A stretch of DNA of 63,364 bases, the filler included, from Diploschistes diacapsis (taxonomy: Eukaryota): the NCBI GenBank assembly GCA_023645945.1. It is 21 parts of 21 records of this genome, joined end to end, with 100 filler letters (N's around TTAATTAATTAA, not from the genome) between each part and the next. Parts side by side here need not be neighbours in the genome. Positions count along the whole stretch, not along the records: positions 3,972 to 27,780 come from JALAIB010000253.1; 20 more parts are not named here. The stretch is one strand, 5' to 3'. The notes beneath the pieces were generated by a model. That model was given only the letters and a program-made list of their open reading frames with translations, was not told the origin of the DNA and made no database searches. The position numbers and the translations under genes were made by a program. This document shows, in pieces, positions 11,721 to 24,610 of this stretch (position 1 is its first letter; the number at the start of each line of letters is the position of its first letter).

Positions 11721-12231
11721 ATTGTAAACGACTGGTTCTATGATGTGCTGCTGTTTGATTGTTTGAATACCGAACAGGCTGTAAAGTACTTCTGGCAAAC
11801 AACAAGACTCCAGCTTTGTATATGCAAGCAAGATATGGGGGAATCATAGAGCGTCACCGTGCTTGGGGACCAGAAGGTCCGAGGTTTTGCATCTTCTTCC
11901 GCTGACGTCTGGTGCGTGAAGCTTGGCCAAGCTTGGATATAGATCTTTTCTCGGATCCGGGCTGGTTAGAGCAAGTAACAATTTCCTGAGTATCACTGAA
12001 AGCCGCAGGGTTTCGACCATACATCGGGCATGCTCGTATACCTCGTACCTCCATGGGGACGGGGAGTTTGACGGAGATGGGAAAAAAGCTGCGAGAAAAT
12101 TGGGTTAGATAAGCGGGCGAAAAGCGCATGTAAGACTTGCCATTAACTTGGCCTTACAAAGTTCTTATCCAATAATCAGCAAGATTCATTCTAATGCGTC
12201 AATCAACTTCTTGAAGCATCTTGTATTGTAT

Positions 12232-13090
12232 TTAACCTAATAACGAAGTCATTCCACCTCTCGTTTCTGCGATAGCTAGAGCATCGAAAATGGGGCTAGT
12301 TCCCATCCAAAAGACTCGTCGTATACCCGACCCAGTCAGCGTGACTATGCCTGGATAAGACCGACGTAAAACAGCAATCTCATCGAACCATCGGCCTATA
12401 GGTTCTCCATCTTGAGTACGTAACTGAACGTTTAGATAGTGAATCCAAAGAAGCTCCTCAATCCCGCTTGCGTTGGATACACTCATTAAATCCCTACCGC
12501 CAATGTAGTAGTCTATGTTCCCTAGATTCATAAGATCAGTATCTAGTAACGTCATGACATCAGAGCCGGTATCGTTCATCATCGTAACATTAGTCGTTGA
12601 GCCATCCCCGCCTGCCCATAAGGCAAGTCTGATTGAAGCCAAGAGCTGGAATTGGATGTTAAAAAGAAATAGAAAATGATAAATGAAATCAAGATGAATA
12701 CCTCGTGACTATTTGCGTAAGGTCCGTGTCCGTATGCTGCCTTTGCTGCTAGCTGATAGCGGACTGAGCTGGCATTCTATATATATTAGCAATGTATTGA
12801 TTGATATACATCAAGCTAACCTCAACAAAACAGTGTTTGGTCGAATGCTCAAACTCCTCTTTCTGTACGATAACACCATCACTTATCCAAACCTCTTCGC
12901 CAATTTGGAGCTTTCCTTCCTCGTATAAACGGATTACAGCCTCCACATTCTTCGCCTGTTTAGGAGCATAAAGAAAGTCATTCGGGTCAAGCGTCCGCTT
13001 GAGTCCGCTTATTCTCTCTTCCATGCTGATTGGGCGTCTGGGTATTGGACATGAGGGCCTGAAATAAATCTTCTTGGGTTTTTCATCCAT
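12232..13090 (-). CDS. Retropepsin-like (clan AA) aspartic protease-domain protein, 3 exons (13090-12821, 12776-12702, 12645-12232), about 252 aa
   Basis: Two phase-0 GT-AG introns link two ORFs without stops; MMNDTGS motif and downstream VTLTG motif. Confidence 0.7.
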
Positions 13091-13289
13091 GCCGCCAAGT
13101 TGCTTCTGGTATGATCTGTGTTGATAGTTGATGGTCACGCGATCGTGCTAGGCGTCTTTTGTGAGGCTAGACTCGGTTTTTTGACTTATTTGCAATAACA
13201 AGAACGAAGAACGAAGATGTGAAGATTCTTCGAAGTAAGGTAGTTATTTAACCCGCATCTTGGCGCTGACTAATCCTAAAATCATGACA

Positions 13290-13693
13290 CTTCACACTAC
13301 GAGGGCCCTCAAGCCATCCGCTCGGGTTCGATGTTTGTTGACGGAAAGCCAGACATCCAAACCCCACGGCCAGCGTGGTATATTATGCAGATGAAGAAGG
13401 GGACCTCGGTATCTTCGCTGGTTTCGGACGGTGACTATGACCGCGTTGACGCGACCACCGGGTTTAGCAAGAAATTTCCGCCGACATACTTTCTCCACGG
13501 CACTGCAGACGCCTTTGTTGATCACAAGCTTGCGGTCAAGGCTCATCGGGAGCTAAAGAACCTGGGCGTTGAGACGGAGCTGCTTCTTGGCGAGGGTCTT
13601 GCTCACACATTTGATCTGCAGTTTACGCATCAGGATCCGCTGTTCATCAAGTACGTACTGCCGGGACTCGACTTCCTGCAAAAGCACGTTTGA
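13290..13693 (+). pseudogene. C-terminal fragment of an alpha/beta hydrolase
   Basis: FPPTYFLHGTADAFV and GLAHTFD (Asp/His triad motifs); no GxSxG-bearing N-terminal half seen upstream. Confidence 0.65.
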
Positions 13694-14094
13694 TCCAGGG
13701 ATAAAGGAGTGGTGTACTTTCCAGGTGCAAGTTTCACCTGTGTTGTGGTGAGCAATTGCAAATTGTACGATCTAGCCTCTGGATTTTGTAATGATTTAGT
13801 CATTATCGAACATGAATCCTTGATCTCTATACAATCAAGGCAGTTTTCTTAGCGGGTTTCGCAATGAACATCAGCTCTTGCATTTGTACAGGGACTTATC
13901 CAGGATGGCAGGAACAAAAGACCGAAGGTTACGAATTCGGGAGATCAGCTGCGCATAATGACACCATGAAGGATTACGCAGTATACCAGCGCTCGAAAGA
14001 CTGGAAGATCTAGCTTCACCTGCTGAAAATCATCTGGACACCAGGGACCTGGCTATATAGCCTTCATCTGCAACCAGCATTCAATGTACCTAAG

Positions 14095-15250
14095 TCAAAT
14101 CTCCACAGTCTTGATAACCTTGCGATTCCTATCAATCACCACTCGAAGCTGACGAGGGCCAAAGCCCGAGCCTCTATCAAATTTCAGAGCTCCCTTCCGC
14201 AGCGGTTCTGTGTAAAGCTCGTAGGAGGAGTAATCTGCGTCGATGTTAGCTTGCGCAAGGCATCTGATACGCGTGACAGCGCATACATCCATCCACAAAC
14301 CTGTGCACCTGTTCTTCTGCCATGCCGCTGCCTTTTGCTTTACGCAGGGCAGCTTCTTGCTCTAGTCGCCAATCGTATACATAATACATGTCCTCCGCAT
14401 CTCTAAATTCAACTCAGAAGGCGCTAACAATATCTGAGCGGGCAGCTCACAGATGAATTAAAACATCAAAATAGCTACGCCGTCAGTAGCTTTTGCTCAA
14501 AGGAACTTAGCACCATACCTGTTCAGGCTTTCATACTCTGCCAGTGCCCGGTTGACATGACGGATGTCTTCTAATCTATTCCAGCCCAGGCGGCCACGAT
14601 ACTTGGAGCCATCATCCTTCCGTTGGCGGCAAGCGTGTTCCCACATGGACTGGAGTACGCTATCGGGCAGACTGCGAAACCCAACGCACCAACCTTCAAA
14701 GATGACAACCTTGACCTTGTCTACCTCCGACTCATTGACAGCTTCCCACTCTGTAAGATCAACCCGATCGCCTTGACCGTCAAAACGGCTCTTGTCGTAT
14801 TGCGGTATTCTGGTTGGCTTGAACTTGCTAAGCTGTTCGAAGACATCCCTCCAGAGTTCAACATCGTGCGTTGATGGTTGTCCTCGATGTTGGACCAGAG
14901 GATTGTTAGAATAGCGCTTTGCTAGCTGTAGTTGCGCTTCGTGAGGAAGATAGAAATCATCAATTGAAACCACAACGGTTGAAAGAGAAAGGGGAGGCGA
15001 GCGGAGCTTTTGCGCCAACGCCGTGACCTAACGGGAACTCAGGAAGTTCTTTTGTCTTTAAGAGCATCGGCTTATTCAAGAGTCTCTGCCACCGTATCTG
15101 CCTCTCAGCTTACTGACTTACCAGCGTAGTTTTGCCGGCACCTTGCACGCCATTCAACGCCACAAACAGAGGCTTGGACTGGAAGAGCTCCCCATAGTCA
15201 TGTACGCTGCGGACAACGAAGCTCGATACATGATCGAGCGTCTCAGTCAT
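14095..15250 (-). CDS. TDA10: P-loop kinase, Tda10/D-glycerate-3-kinase-like, 5 exons
   Basis: LNGVQGAGKTTL P-loop, SIDDFYL, RGQPSTHD, FEGWCVGF, WRLEQE; canonical introns. Confidence 0.88.
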
Positions 15251-15615
15251 GACCGGAGATTGCTATTGCGCACATGCACATGCACATGTTCAAACGATCA
15301 TAATACAGTACAGTAGAATAGAATACATGATGGTTGAAGTTGAGATGTAGTTCACATGCCGGGCTTGGGGCAAAATAGGTAGAATAAATAAACATGACGT
15401 TGGAGCCTCGGCCGCAGCTGGAGCTCTCCCCAGACCATCATGCCCATGTGCCGAGGTACGTTGTAGAGTAATCTGCTACGGAGGTACATAGATACTACTC
15501 TACTGCATTTGTCCTTTGCCCATTCTATTTCCCCCCAAGTCTGGTATCATCATAAGTATCCGTTGTATGAGGAGCTTGTGGCAACTCGTTGAATAGCCGT
15601 TGCTTCCTCGTCATC

Positions 15616-18481
15616 ATGTCGGAGTTGCGCTTCGACGGGCAGACTGTGGTCATCACTGGTGCGGGAGGTGGGCTGGGAAAGGCATATGCTGTTTTCTTTG
15701 GATCAAGAGGAGCAAATGTGGTGGTAAACGACCTGGGCGGTTCTTTCAAAGGGGAGGGCCAGTCGACAAAGGTAAGGCCGGGTCTCAAGCTACCCATACC
15801 ACTAATTTTCCAACCCTCACTTAGGCTGCCGATGTCGTCGTTGACGAGATCAAAGCTGCCGGCGGCCAGGCTGCTGCGAATTATGACAGCGTCGAGCATG
15901 GGGAAAAGATCATTGAGACGGCCATCAAGGCTTTTGGGCGGATCGATGTCCTGATCAACAATGCCGGCATCCTTCGGGACGTTAGCTTCAAGAACATGAA
16001 AGATGAGGACTGGGACCTGATCATGAAGGTCCATGTCAAGGGAGCCTATAAATGTGCAAGAGCAGCTTGGCCGCATTTCAGGAAGCAAAAATATGGCAGA
16101 GTCATCAACACTGCCTCAGCTGCTGGCCTATTCGGCAACTTTGGACAGGCCAATTACTCAGGTTTGCAGAATTAGCCCCCTCCAAACCCCAATGCGCATG
16201 GCTGATGGTTACAGCTGCCAAACTTTCTCAGGTTGGCTTCACAGAAACCCTTGCCAAAGAAGGGTTCAAGTACAATATTATCTGCAATGTAATTGCACCC
16301 ATAGCGGCCAGCCGCATGACACAAACGGTAATGCCTCCAGACATGCTGGAACTTCTCCAGCCGGAATGGGTCGTCCCATTGGTCGCTGTTCTTGTCCATT
16401 CTTCAAACAAGCAAGAGACTGGATCGATATTCGAGGTCGGCGGTGGTCACATGGCGAAACTTCGATGGCAACGTGCAAAGGGGGCACTTCTCAAGACCGG
16501 CCAGACCCTAACTCCCGGCGCAATTATTCAGAAATGGAACGATGTGAACGATTTCTCTCAGCCTGACTATCCAAACGGTGCCGCCGATTTCATGGCTCTT
16601 TTAGAAGAAGCGCAGAAACTGCCGGACAATCCACCAGGAATGAATATCGATCTTACCGGTAAAGTTGCCTTAATCACAGGTGCTGGAGCAGGGTAAGCTC
16701 TCCGACTGAACGTCTTGATCTCGATGCTCACTTGGAACAGGCTGGGCCGGGTCTATGCCCTTCTGTTCGCCAAGCACGGTGCTTCAGTCATCGTCAATGA
16801 CCTAGTGGATCCGGATTCAGTTACACAGGAAATACAGAAGCTGGGAGGCGAGGCTGTCGCGAACAAAGCCTCGGCAGAGGATGGTGATGTTGTCGTAAAA
16901 TCCGCGATTGATGCCTTTGGACGTATCGACATTATTGTTAACAACGCGGGTATACTCCGCGATAAGGCATTCCATAACATGGAGGACAAGCAATTTGACC
17001 AGGTATTGGCCGTCCATCTCAAGGGTACCTACAAGGTCACAAAGGCTGCATGGCCCTACATGCTGAAGCAAAAGTATGGCCGGATTGTAAACACGACGAG
17101 CACCAGTGGCATTTATGGGAACTTTGGACAAGCGAACTATGCTGCTGCAAAGCTAGGTATTCTGGGCTTCTCGCGCGCCATAGCTCGCGAAGGCGCAAAG
17201 TACAACATTTTCGTCAACACCATCGCCCCCAACGCTGGCACAAACATGACACGTACAATAATGCCAGAAGAGATGGTACAGGCTTTCAAGCCGGATTACG
17301 TCGCTCCACTGGTTGTTGCATTGTGCTCAGACAAGGTTCCAGACCCGACGGGTGGTCTTTTTGAAGTTGGCAGCGGCTGGCAGGCAAGGACCCGGTGGCA
17401 ACGAACCGGAGGCGCCGGCTTCCCCGTCGACGTCAAACTCACACCAGAGACAGTTCTCCAGCAATGGTCGAAGGTTGTTGACTTTGATGACGGAAGAGCT
17501 GATAATCCTTCCGATAGCAACGACGGTCTCAAAGGCGTCATGGCAAATGCCACCAACAAGAAAGGAGGTAGCAAATCGGGTAAGCTGGAAGGCAAAGTCA
17601 ACCAAGAAATCCTGAACAATATCGAAATGGCCAAGAAAGCGCAAGCGAAAGGTTCGGAATTTTCATACGACGACCGCGACGTCATACTCTACAATCTTGG
17701 ACTCGGAGCTCGACGAACAGAATTGCCCCTTGTATATGAGAACAGTGACTCATTCCAAGTATTGCCAACGTTTGGTGTCATTCCCGCGTTCGGCGTTGCA
17801 ACCCCGTGGAGTATGGACGAAGTGATGCCCAATTTCAATCCCATGATGCTTCTTCATGGGGAACAGTACTTGGAGATCCGAAAGTTTCCTATTCCAACCT
17901 TTGCCAAGTTAGTATCCTACCCAAAGCTCCTCGAGGTTGTGGACAAAGGAAATGCTGCCATTGCGTTCCACGGAACTACCACCAAGGACGCCAACACCGG
18001 AGAAGACATCTTCTATAACGAGTCCGCTGTCTTTGTTAGAGGCTCAGGAGGTTTCGGCGGCCCGTCCAAAGGTCAGGATCGCGGACGCTCGACTGCGGCA
18101 TACAAAGCGCCCCAACGCGCTCCGGATAACGTGATTGAGGAGAAGACCTCGCCCGATCAAGCGGCGCTCTACCGCCTGTCCGGGGATCGTAATCCATTAC
18201 ACATAGATCCAGAATTCTCCAAGGTCGGTGGATTCAAGGATCCGATTCTCCACGGTCTCTGCTTTTTCGGTATCAGTGGCAAGCACATCTACCAGACATA
18301 CGGTCAATTCAAGAACATCAAGGTACGGTTTGCCGGTGTAGTCATTCCGGGCCAAACCTTGCGTACAGAGATGTGGAAGGAGGGAAACATGGTCATCTTC
18401 CAGACCAAGGTCGCAGAGACTGGGAAACTTTGCATTGCAGGTGCCGGTGCGGAGCTTGCCAGCCAGGGCGCCAAGTTATGA
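15616..18481 (+). CDS. FOX2: Peroxisomal multifunctional beta-oxidation enzyme; exons 15616-15771, 15825-16161, 16215-16692, 16741-18481
   Basis: Two SDR domains ([24 protein letters not shown]), MaoC hydratase motif [15 protein letters not shown]-terminal PTS1 AKL. Confidence 0.97.
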
Positions 18482-19239
18482 TCAATGTATGAAGAACTAA
18501 GGACTTTTAGTGGATAAATAGTAGCTATGCCTTGCTGTATGATACATGTACATATGCTCTAGATTCATGTCTGTAGCAAGTTATTTCCAAATATGCACTA
18601 CGACAAACGTGTTCTCCTACCCTAGGGCATCAGTTCTTTTTGCTGCTTTCTTACTTCTAATAGATTTTTTTTCGTCCTTCGCCCTGAGTAGTATGGTAGA
18701 CATCTACATTTCCCTCGTTTATGAATACATAAGCCCTCATAGTTATCAGGAGGTCGTGCCCGAAGGGTTCATAGCAACAGGATGCAGCTGTACAGCACCT
18801 ACACCTAGAATTCCATGGTCAAAAGTCAGCGTAACCTGGGCTCCAAAACTAGCAACTCAATAACATCTCAGGATATGCGAGGGAGCGATAGGGGAGTGGT
18901 GCCGCTCGCGAAGCATGAAATTCAGCTGGAGCGCGAGAGATCGGAAGCACGGTCGAGAATCAAGGGCTCATGAGAACCCTGCACCGTCGGCAGGAGGCTA
19001 GGAAGTTGGCGTGATGCGAGTTCGAGTGCTTTCCCCGATGCATGCATTATAACATGATTTCCCAAACGACCCGTGCTACGCTCGGTCTGCGCAGGTGCAT
19101 GCCTCAATAAAATGCTCTCTCTATATATGCTTCGGCTCCAAAACAAAGACGCTCTCGCTCTCGCTCTCTCTGTGCCCCTTTTTTTTTTCGAAGTCCCTCG
19201 AGCGAGCTTCGAAGCATACCCCTTCCGCCTATTTGACCT

Positions 19240-19920
19240 GGTTCGACAACGGCTCCCCCCTTCGCCAGCCGCTCGAGATTCTTCTCCCGCACGTTCAGCG
19301 CCCCGCGTGGTATACCTCGCATTGATGCCGCTCATGTGCGGCGCCATGATGCAGTTGGGCCGCGGCCCACAGCGGATCGCCCCCGGGGCAGCGGTTCCGG
19401 CGACGCAGCATCGAGCGCAGCGCACCCACCCCCCTCAGCCCCTTCCCGGGCGTCGGGCTCTCGTCGTCGTCCTGGCGCAGCGGCGCCTCGATAAGGTCCG
19501 TCGGTACGATGATCTCCCCGCGCGCGAGCAGCGGTACGAGGCGACGAGGGAGGTAGTGATGATCCATTATTCGCTGATATTGGGGCCGTGGGACGCCGGA
19601 GACGGTGGTTATGGGGACGGAGGTGTGCCTGTAGATGGGGAGATCATCGACGTGGTCTGTGCCGGCGCTGACCACATGTAATACTTCGAGGGTTGGGGGC
19701 TGAGGCCGGACCCGAGGGGAAATTGAAGAAAGAGTGGTGATGATTTTGTGGCATCTTTGTAGATCTCGGGTGAGATTGGTTCGTTGTTCAGCTTTGTATG
19801 TGCACAAGTTTGTTTGTAAAGTCACTTTCAGGTCTGGATATGTTGTTTCTGATGCGCTCGGTGACTTCCTTGGGCTCTGGGAACGGGATCGTAGACAACA
19901 AATGACCCTTGAGATACATT
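19240..19920 (-). pseudogene. Decayed D-isomer-specific 2-hydroxyacid dehydrogenase
   Basis: IPFPEPKE, SAGTDH...PITTVSGV/HGPNISE*, RGEII...DLIEA, DPLW, NCIMAPHMSG spread over shifting frames; NAD-binding GxGxxG segment absent. Confidence 0.75.
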
Positions 19921-20328
19921 GTAGAGAGGTTACCGGACCAAAAGTCGAAAAGTAGTCTGGCGTGTAGAGGCTTTGGCCCTGAGGCTGTGACAGCATAAGA
20001 AGACTGTAAATATAGATAGTGGGAGAAAATAGCACGACCAGCACAAGTACCGATGAGACGGTTCGAGTGCTCTGTGGTCTTACAAAAAGGTTCGATGGCG
20101 TAGAAGGATCATAAAAGCATCAGGAAAAACTCGGGTCTCAGCTATGCGATTAGAAATTTACTCGACACCCATCCAGAAGCCACTCAGCGCCTTGCTAAAA
20201 ATACAAGAACCTTCGTTGTCACCGCTTCACAAAACTTCTAACTCGCAAAGATCCTTTTAATCTTTAGAAAGCAAAGAACGGCAGATCCCAGAATAATCAT
20301 AGCGGCCCAGCCAATGCTTTCCCAATCG

Positions 20329-22059
20329 TTAATGGCTGGTTTTCTTCTTGCTCGCAAGGTTCTTCTCGCTTTTCTTTGCACCCGCGCCTCCATTGCTTGC
20401 AGCTTTCTTGCTCTCAGTTCCCAATCCCCTAACATGTCCAAGTAAGCTGCTTCTTCCTTTATTAGGCTTACCTGCGACCATGTTAGATCCTGCGACCTTG
20501 AGCCGTTTGAGCTCCTTATCAACACGTCCCTTGTGCCTCTTGACTAATCCCATCCTCTCGGTAATCTCACCCTCAAAGGTTTCTGAAGCTTTCCTTTTGT
20601 TGCGACGAAGACTGCTATGAGCCGTGACAATTCCATTCAGATTGTCTGATAGCCATTTCCCACAATACCCGAAATCGTCAAGAGGAAGCGAAGCGAAGAA
20701 TTTAGATCTCAACGTTACTCTATCACCATCGGTTAGGTAATCAGAACTCAAGAGGTACTCCAATTTCTCTTCTAGGGACGTAGAAGCGAGGTCGCTAGGA
20801 AGCACCTGCTCGGGCGGGCCTGGTACGAAATCGAATGACTGCTTTGCAAGGTCAGAATAGGACATTCGCGAAAGCTGTTTGAGACTGTAGTCTAGGTCGT
20901 AATCTCCGTTGGATAGGTCGGATTGTCCACCGGAGAGGCGGTTTTTCGAGGGTGATCGGGGAGCGATAGGTCCGCCACTAAGTCCTTGAGGATTACCAGA
21001 TACTCTGTTTGATTCTGGAATTGCTTGCAAGGGGAACGGGGTTCGCTTCAGAGACTCTCGATGCTCGGCAGTAGGACCATGAACAGAAGGGGGAGCAGGC
21101 AGAGGCTTTTCGCGCACCGTCAATGGAGTGGTGTGATAACAGCTTTGGCTGCTTGGCGGTCGCTGGGGCGTTTCTACCCTATCAAGGGCTTGACGAACAG
21201 TTCGGTTAGTGCTGCAACTCGAAGACGGGAAAAGGAATAGCCTTACTTCCAAATTGCTGTGGTTTCTGCTGCCGAGACAGTACATCAGGCCTAGTGTTTC
21301 TGAAATGACTCATCGAAACGGTTCGCTCCGGTATCTTAACATCTTCCGACTCGGGCTGCGAGCCTACCTCAACGTCCAGTTGACTGACAGATGTTGCAGA
21401 GGTCTCCAGATACCTTTTCCATTCCTGGCTCTCACCCGGTTTGAGGAACGGGATCCCGTGATGCGTGTGTTCGATAGAATCACCTCTGTCCTCTTCCTCG
21501 TATGCTTGATCCTCTGAATATGCTTCTGGATAGATACTACTTGCATTGTCTTCGGCGCCCTTTTGGTCAACTATGGCTGCAGCGTTATTTACGTTCTTTA
21601 AGCTGCGGCTACTTTCCAGCAGCGGGGTTCCTTTTCCAGAATAGTCGCGAGTTCCCAGCTCATCATTGGGTCTATTAGTTTGAATCCGTTCTTTGACGAT
21701 AGAATTTCCAATGCTTTGGGTTGTAGTATCTCCAATGCTTTCCGCATCAGTGTCGAACATATCTTGCAATTTCTTTGCCTCATCCTTGTGAGTAAGTATA
21801 AGAGTCACAAGCTAGACCTTATTCTTACCTTGTTCGTGATCTTGGTAGGAACATCGTTCATGGTCGGTCTAGACTTTGGGCGGACAAAGCCGGAGTTCGG
21901 CAGCGGTATGCGCAAACTGCTGGCTTTGGCCTGCCGATCTGCTGTCTCTGATACATTGGACCGTTTTCCCACTGCATGATCTGATTTAGAATTGAAGTGT
22001 TTGCCTCGAAGACTTGTACTACTTCGACTTATGAAATCGTGCAAACCGCCTGGCGCCAT
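20329..22059 (-). CDS. ECM11-domain protein, at least 3 exons (3' end uncertain)
   Basis: MSYSDLAKQSFD...FFASLPLDDF..CGKWL...FEGEITER resembles the ECM11 C-terminal domain; GT-AG introns link three ORFs. Confidence 0.72.
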
Positions 22060-22545
22060 TCTGTTGAATCCAGGCTGTAAATGTATGAGAAATGGAGATA
22101 GATGTGCAAACAAAGCTACTCATAGCCAAACTCAAACCAGAATGGAACAGAGAGTATACCTGCCCTTCATTACGAGAAGACATATCGCTCGTCATTTCGG
22201 CTTCATATAGGATAATTACGTTCACACAGCAAAATAGTATTGCCGCGGCTGATGTCTCAAGTTTCACATCAAAAGACACAGACTCAGCCTTGAAACATTA
22301 TCGGAATGCAAGTAAGTTCAACAATGATTAGACGTGCAGTTAGAAAATGAAGATTCCAGAGCTAGAGCTTGAGATGCGTAGGGCTGAAAGCTCCACGCGT
22401 CAAAACTTCCGCCAGCAGCATCAACTTGAGCAACCGCTTGTGACTTGGAATTAAGAACCCGATAGCACACTCCTTTACGGTTGGGTAATCTTGATTGACA
22501 TTCGCCTACATCGGCCTTCCATTAACTCAACAACAGCTTGCCAGC

Positions 22546-23586
22546 ATGGCAAGCGGTCCATCAGAGCCGAATCTGTCAAACGAGCAATACGGCAATGGCG
22601 GAGATCTTATAGATCCAGATGATGGTACGAAAGCCGATAGAATTGCGCTTGTAGAGGAATTAACTGATCTGTAGCCACGCTTAACGATCTCGATGATCCG
22701 CTTGAATCAGCGCCCTTGACGGGCAACATACAATCCTCTTCCCGAAGCAATCCTCTACCGCAATCCTACCTCAACGACACAATCCAGGGTGAAGACCGTC
22801 GAGCGCCCATCAACACGATAGATGAGTCCGTATGGGATACGTTATCGCGAGACTTGCTTGCGTCGTGGAAGAAGATGAGACTGGTCCTCTGGCCAAGCCA
22901 CCTGTTTGGAGGGCTACTACAGCGCGATGGAGGCCTGAGCGGCCTTGAGCGAGGAGACGGCGGAACGGCTACTGGCATCGCAGAGGGCTTACGGGGCATC
23001 GCTGGAAGGGTACAGGACACAGATGCACTGCTCCAAAGCACGATGAGCGACGAGCTGCGAGACTGGGATCTCTGGTACCTGGCGTTTTCTTAATCCTCCA
23101 TCCTAGTCGCTAACACCGTACAGGGGACCGCTCGTCTTTTCAATGCTCCTGAGTCTTCTTCTGTCCCTGGTTGCGGCCTCGAACCAAAAGGAGGAGGTCT
23201 TTACCGGCGTCTTCTTTATGGTTTGGGTGGGAACGTTGGTTGTGACGTGGCAGATCCGTCTGCTGGGAGGCAAATTGTAAGTTTCCCGCTACGTTCACAC
23301 TGACAACAGTTGATGTCTTTGCAGGGCGTTCTTTCAAACTGTGTGCATTATCGGCTACACGCTATTCCCGCTGGTCATCGCCGCTGTCCTAAGTGCTTTC
23401 CTAAGTGCTTTCCAACTGGGGCTTATTTTTCGAATACCAATCTATATCGTCCTGCTACTCTGGTCGTTCGCGGCAGGAATTAGCATTCTTGGAGGCTCCG
23501 GAGTTGTAAAGAATCGGGTCGGTCTTGCAGTATACCCATTGTTTGTGTTTTATATCGGTTTAGGGACGTTATGTTTTATTAGCTAG
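22546..23586 (+). CDS. YIP1-family Golgi membrane protein (Yip4/YIPF6-like), multi-exon
   Basis: NTIDESVWDTL.RDL, LRDWDLW/GPL, CIIGYTLFPL, LAVYPLFVFY. Confidence 0.9.
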
Positions 23587-24610
23587 GCGCAATAGCCAAT
23601 CTGTACGGTGCTTTGTCTCGCAGGCCATCTTGATGACTTTAAGATCATAAAGTTGATTTACCATGTATCTTCATGTGGCAAGCTCTCAGAAGAATACAGG
23701 AGTTTTTAGACTGAGTGGTCATTACCCTCTCTTTCTATGCACATACAGTATGGACATTCAAGTCAGAAGAAAATGCTCCAATTGATGCTGATCTGGCATG
23801 AACTGCCTGCACGACTGTCTGTCTCATTGGACCATATGCTTTCTTTCCGCGGCGCAAACACCAAAGGGGGCGGTTAATCATCTGCAGCAAATCGCTGGGT
23901 GATGGGGGAAACTACATATATGTATTCGGGGGAGAAATAGATGGGAACAGGGGTTATTTTTATCTGCTTGTAGAACGTTTCGTGTTTCTGTAGACAGTTG
24001 TAACTTAGACGGGGCACTTGAATGTTCATTAGATGCCCTTAAGCGGGGTGTTCTTGTTACTATATTACTACAATAGTCTAGATACACACAACCCGCAAAC
24101 CCCAAAACCTGCCGTCGTCACCGCACACGCTCCCTCCCTCGCATTCTGTTTATTTAACTTCAACAAACTCTTCTTTTCCTTTCGAGTTTTCCAAATCGAG
24201 ATTACTATTCAAGGGCTTTGCTGACTCGGCCTCTGCACCCATCTTCGCCTGTCTTCTTGAGAAGAAGTTTTCAGCAATCACAACCAAACCATCGCTTGGT
24301 CGTGTGGGCTATCAGCCCAATTCGTACTATTAGAGAATCCCACTATCTGGCCTCAAGCCTCCAATATCTCAAACATTCCATCCCTGTTTTGCACTACTAC
24401 TCCTCTGGCAAGTCTTCTAGACTAGTCCGTTAATGAGTCCACGACCTTCGTTTTCACAAACGTTGACTGCATAACAGCTTGTCTGAGAAAACGATCGGCT
24501 CGCACTCATCAACTCAGCTCTTGGTCACCGTCCTTGCGAAGATATATACGTCTAACAACAGCTCGTGTATTGCCTTTGTTGATACCTCTGGCTCTCGTCA
24601 ACCTAGCACC

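Noticed and set aside
9948..18481. Secondary-metabolite or functional gene cluster
   Set aside because: No backbone enzyme, transporter or pathway regulator; genes have unrelated housekeeping roles.
18922..20044. ORFs of 167-249 aa on both strands
   Set aside because: Explained by the GC-rich frameshifted dehydrogenase pseudogene.
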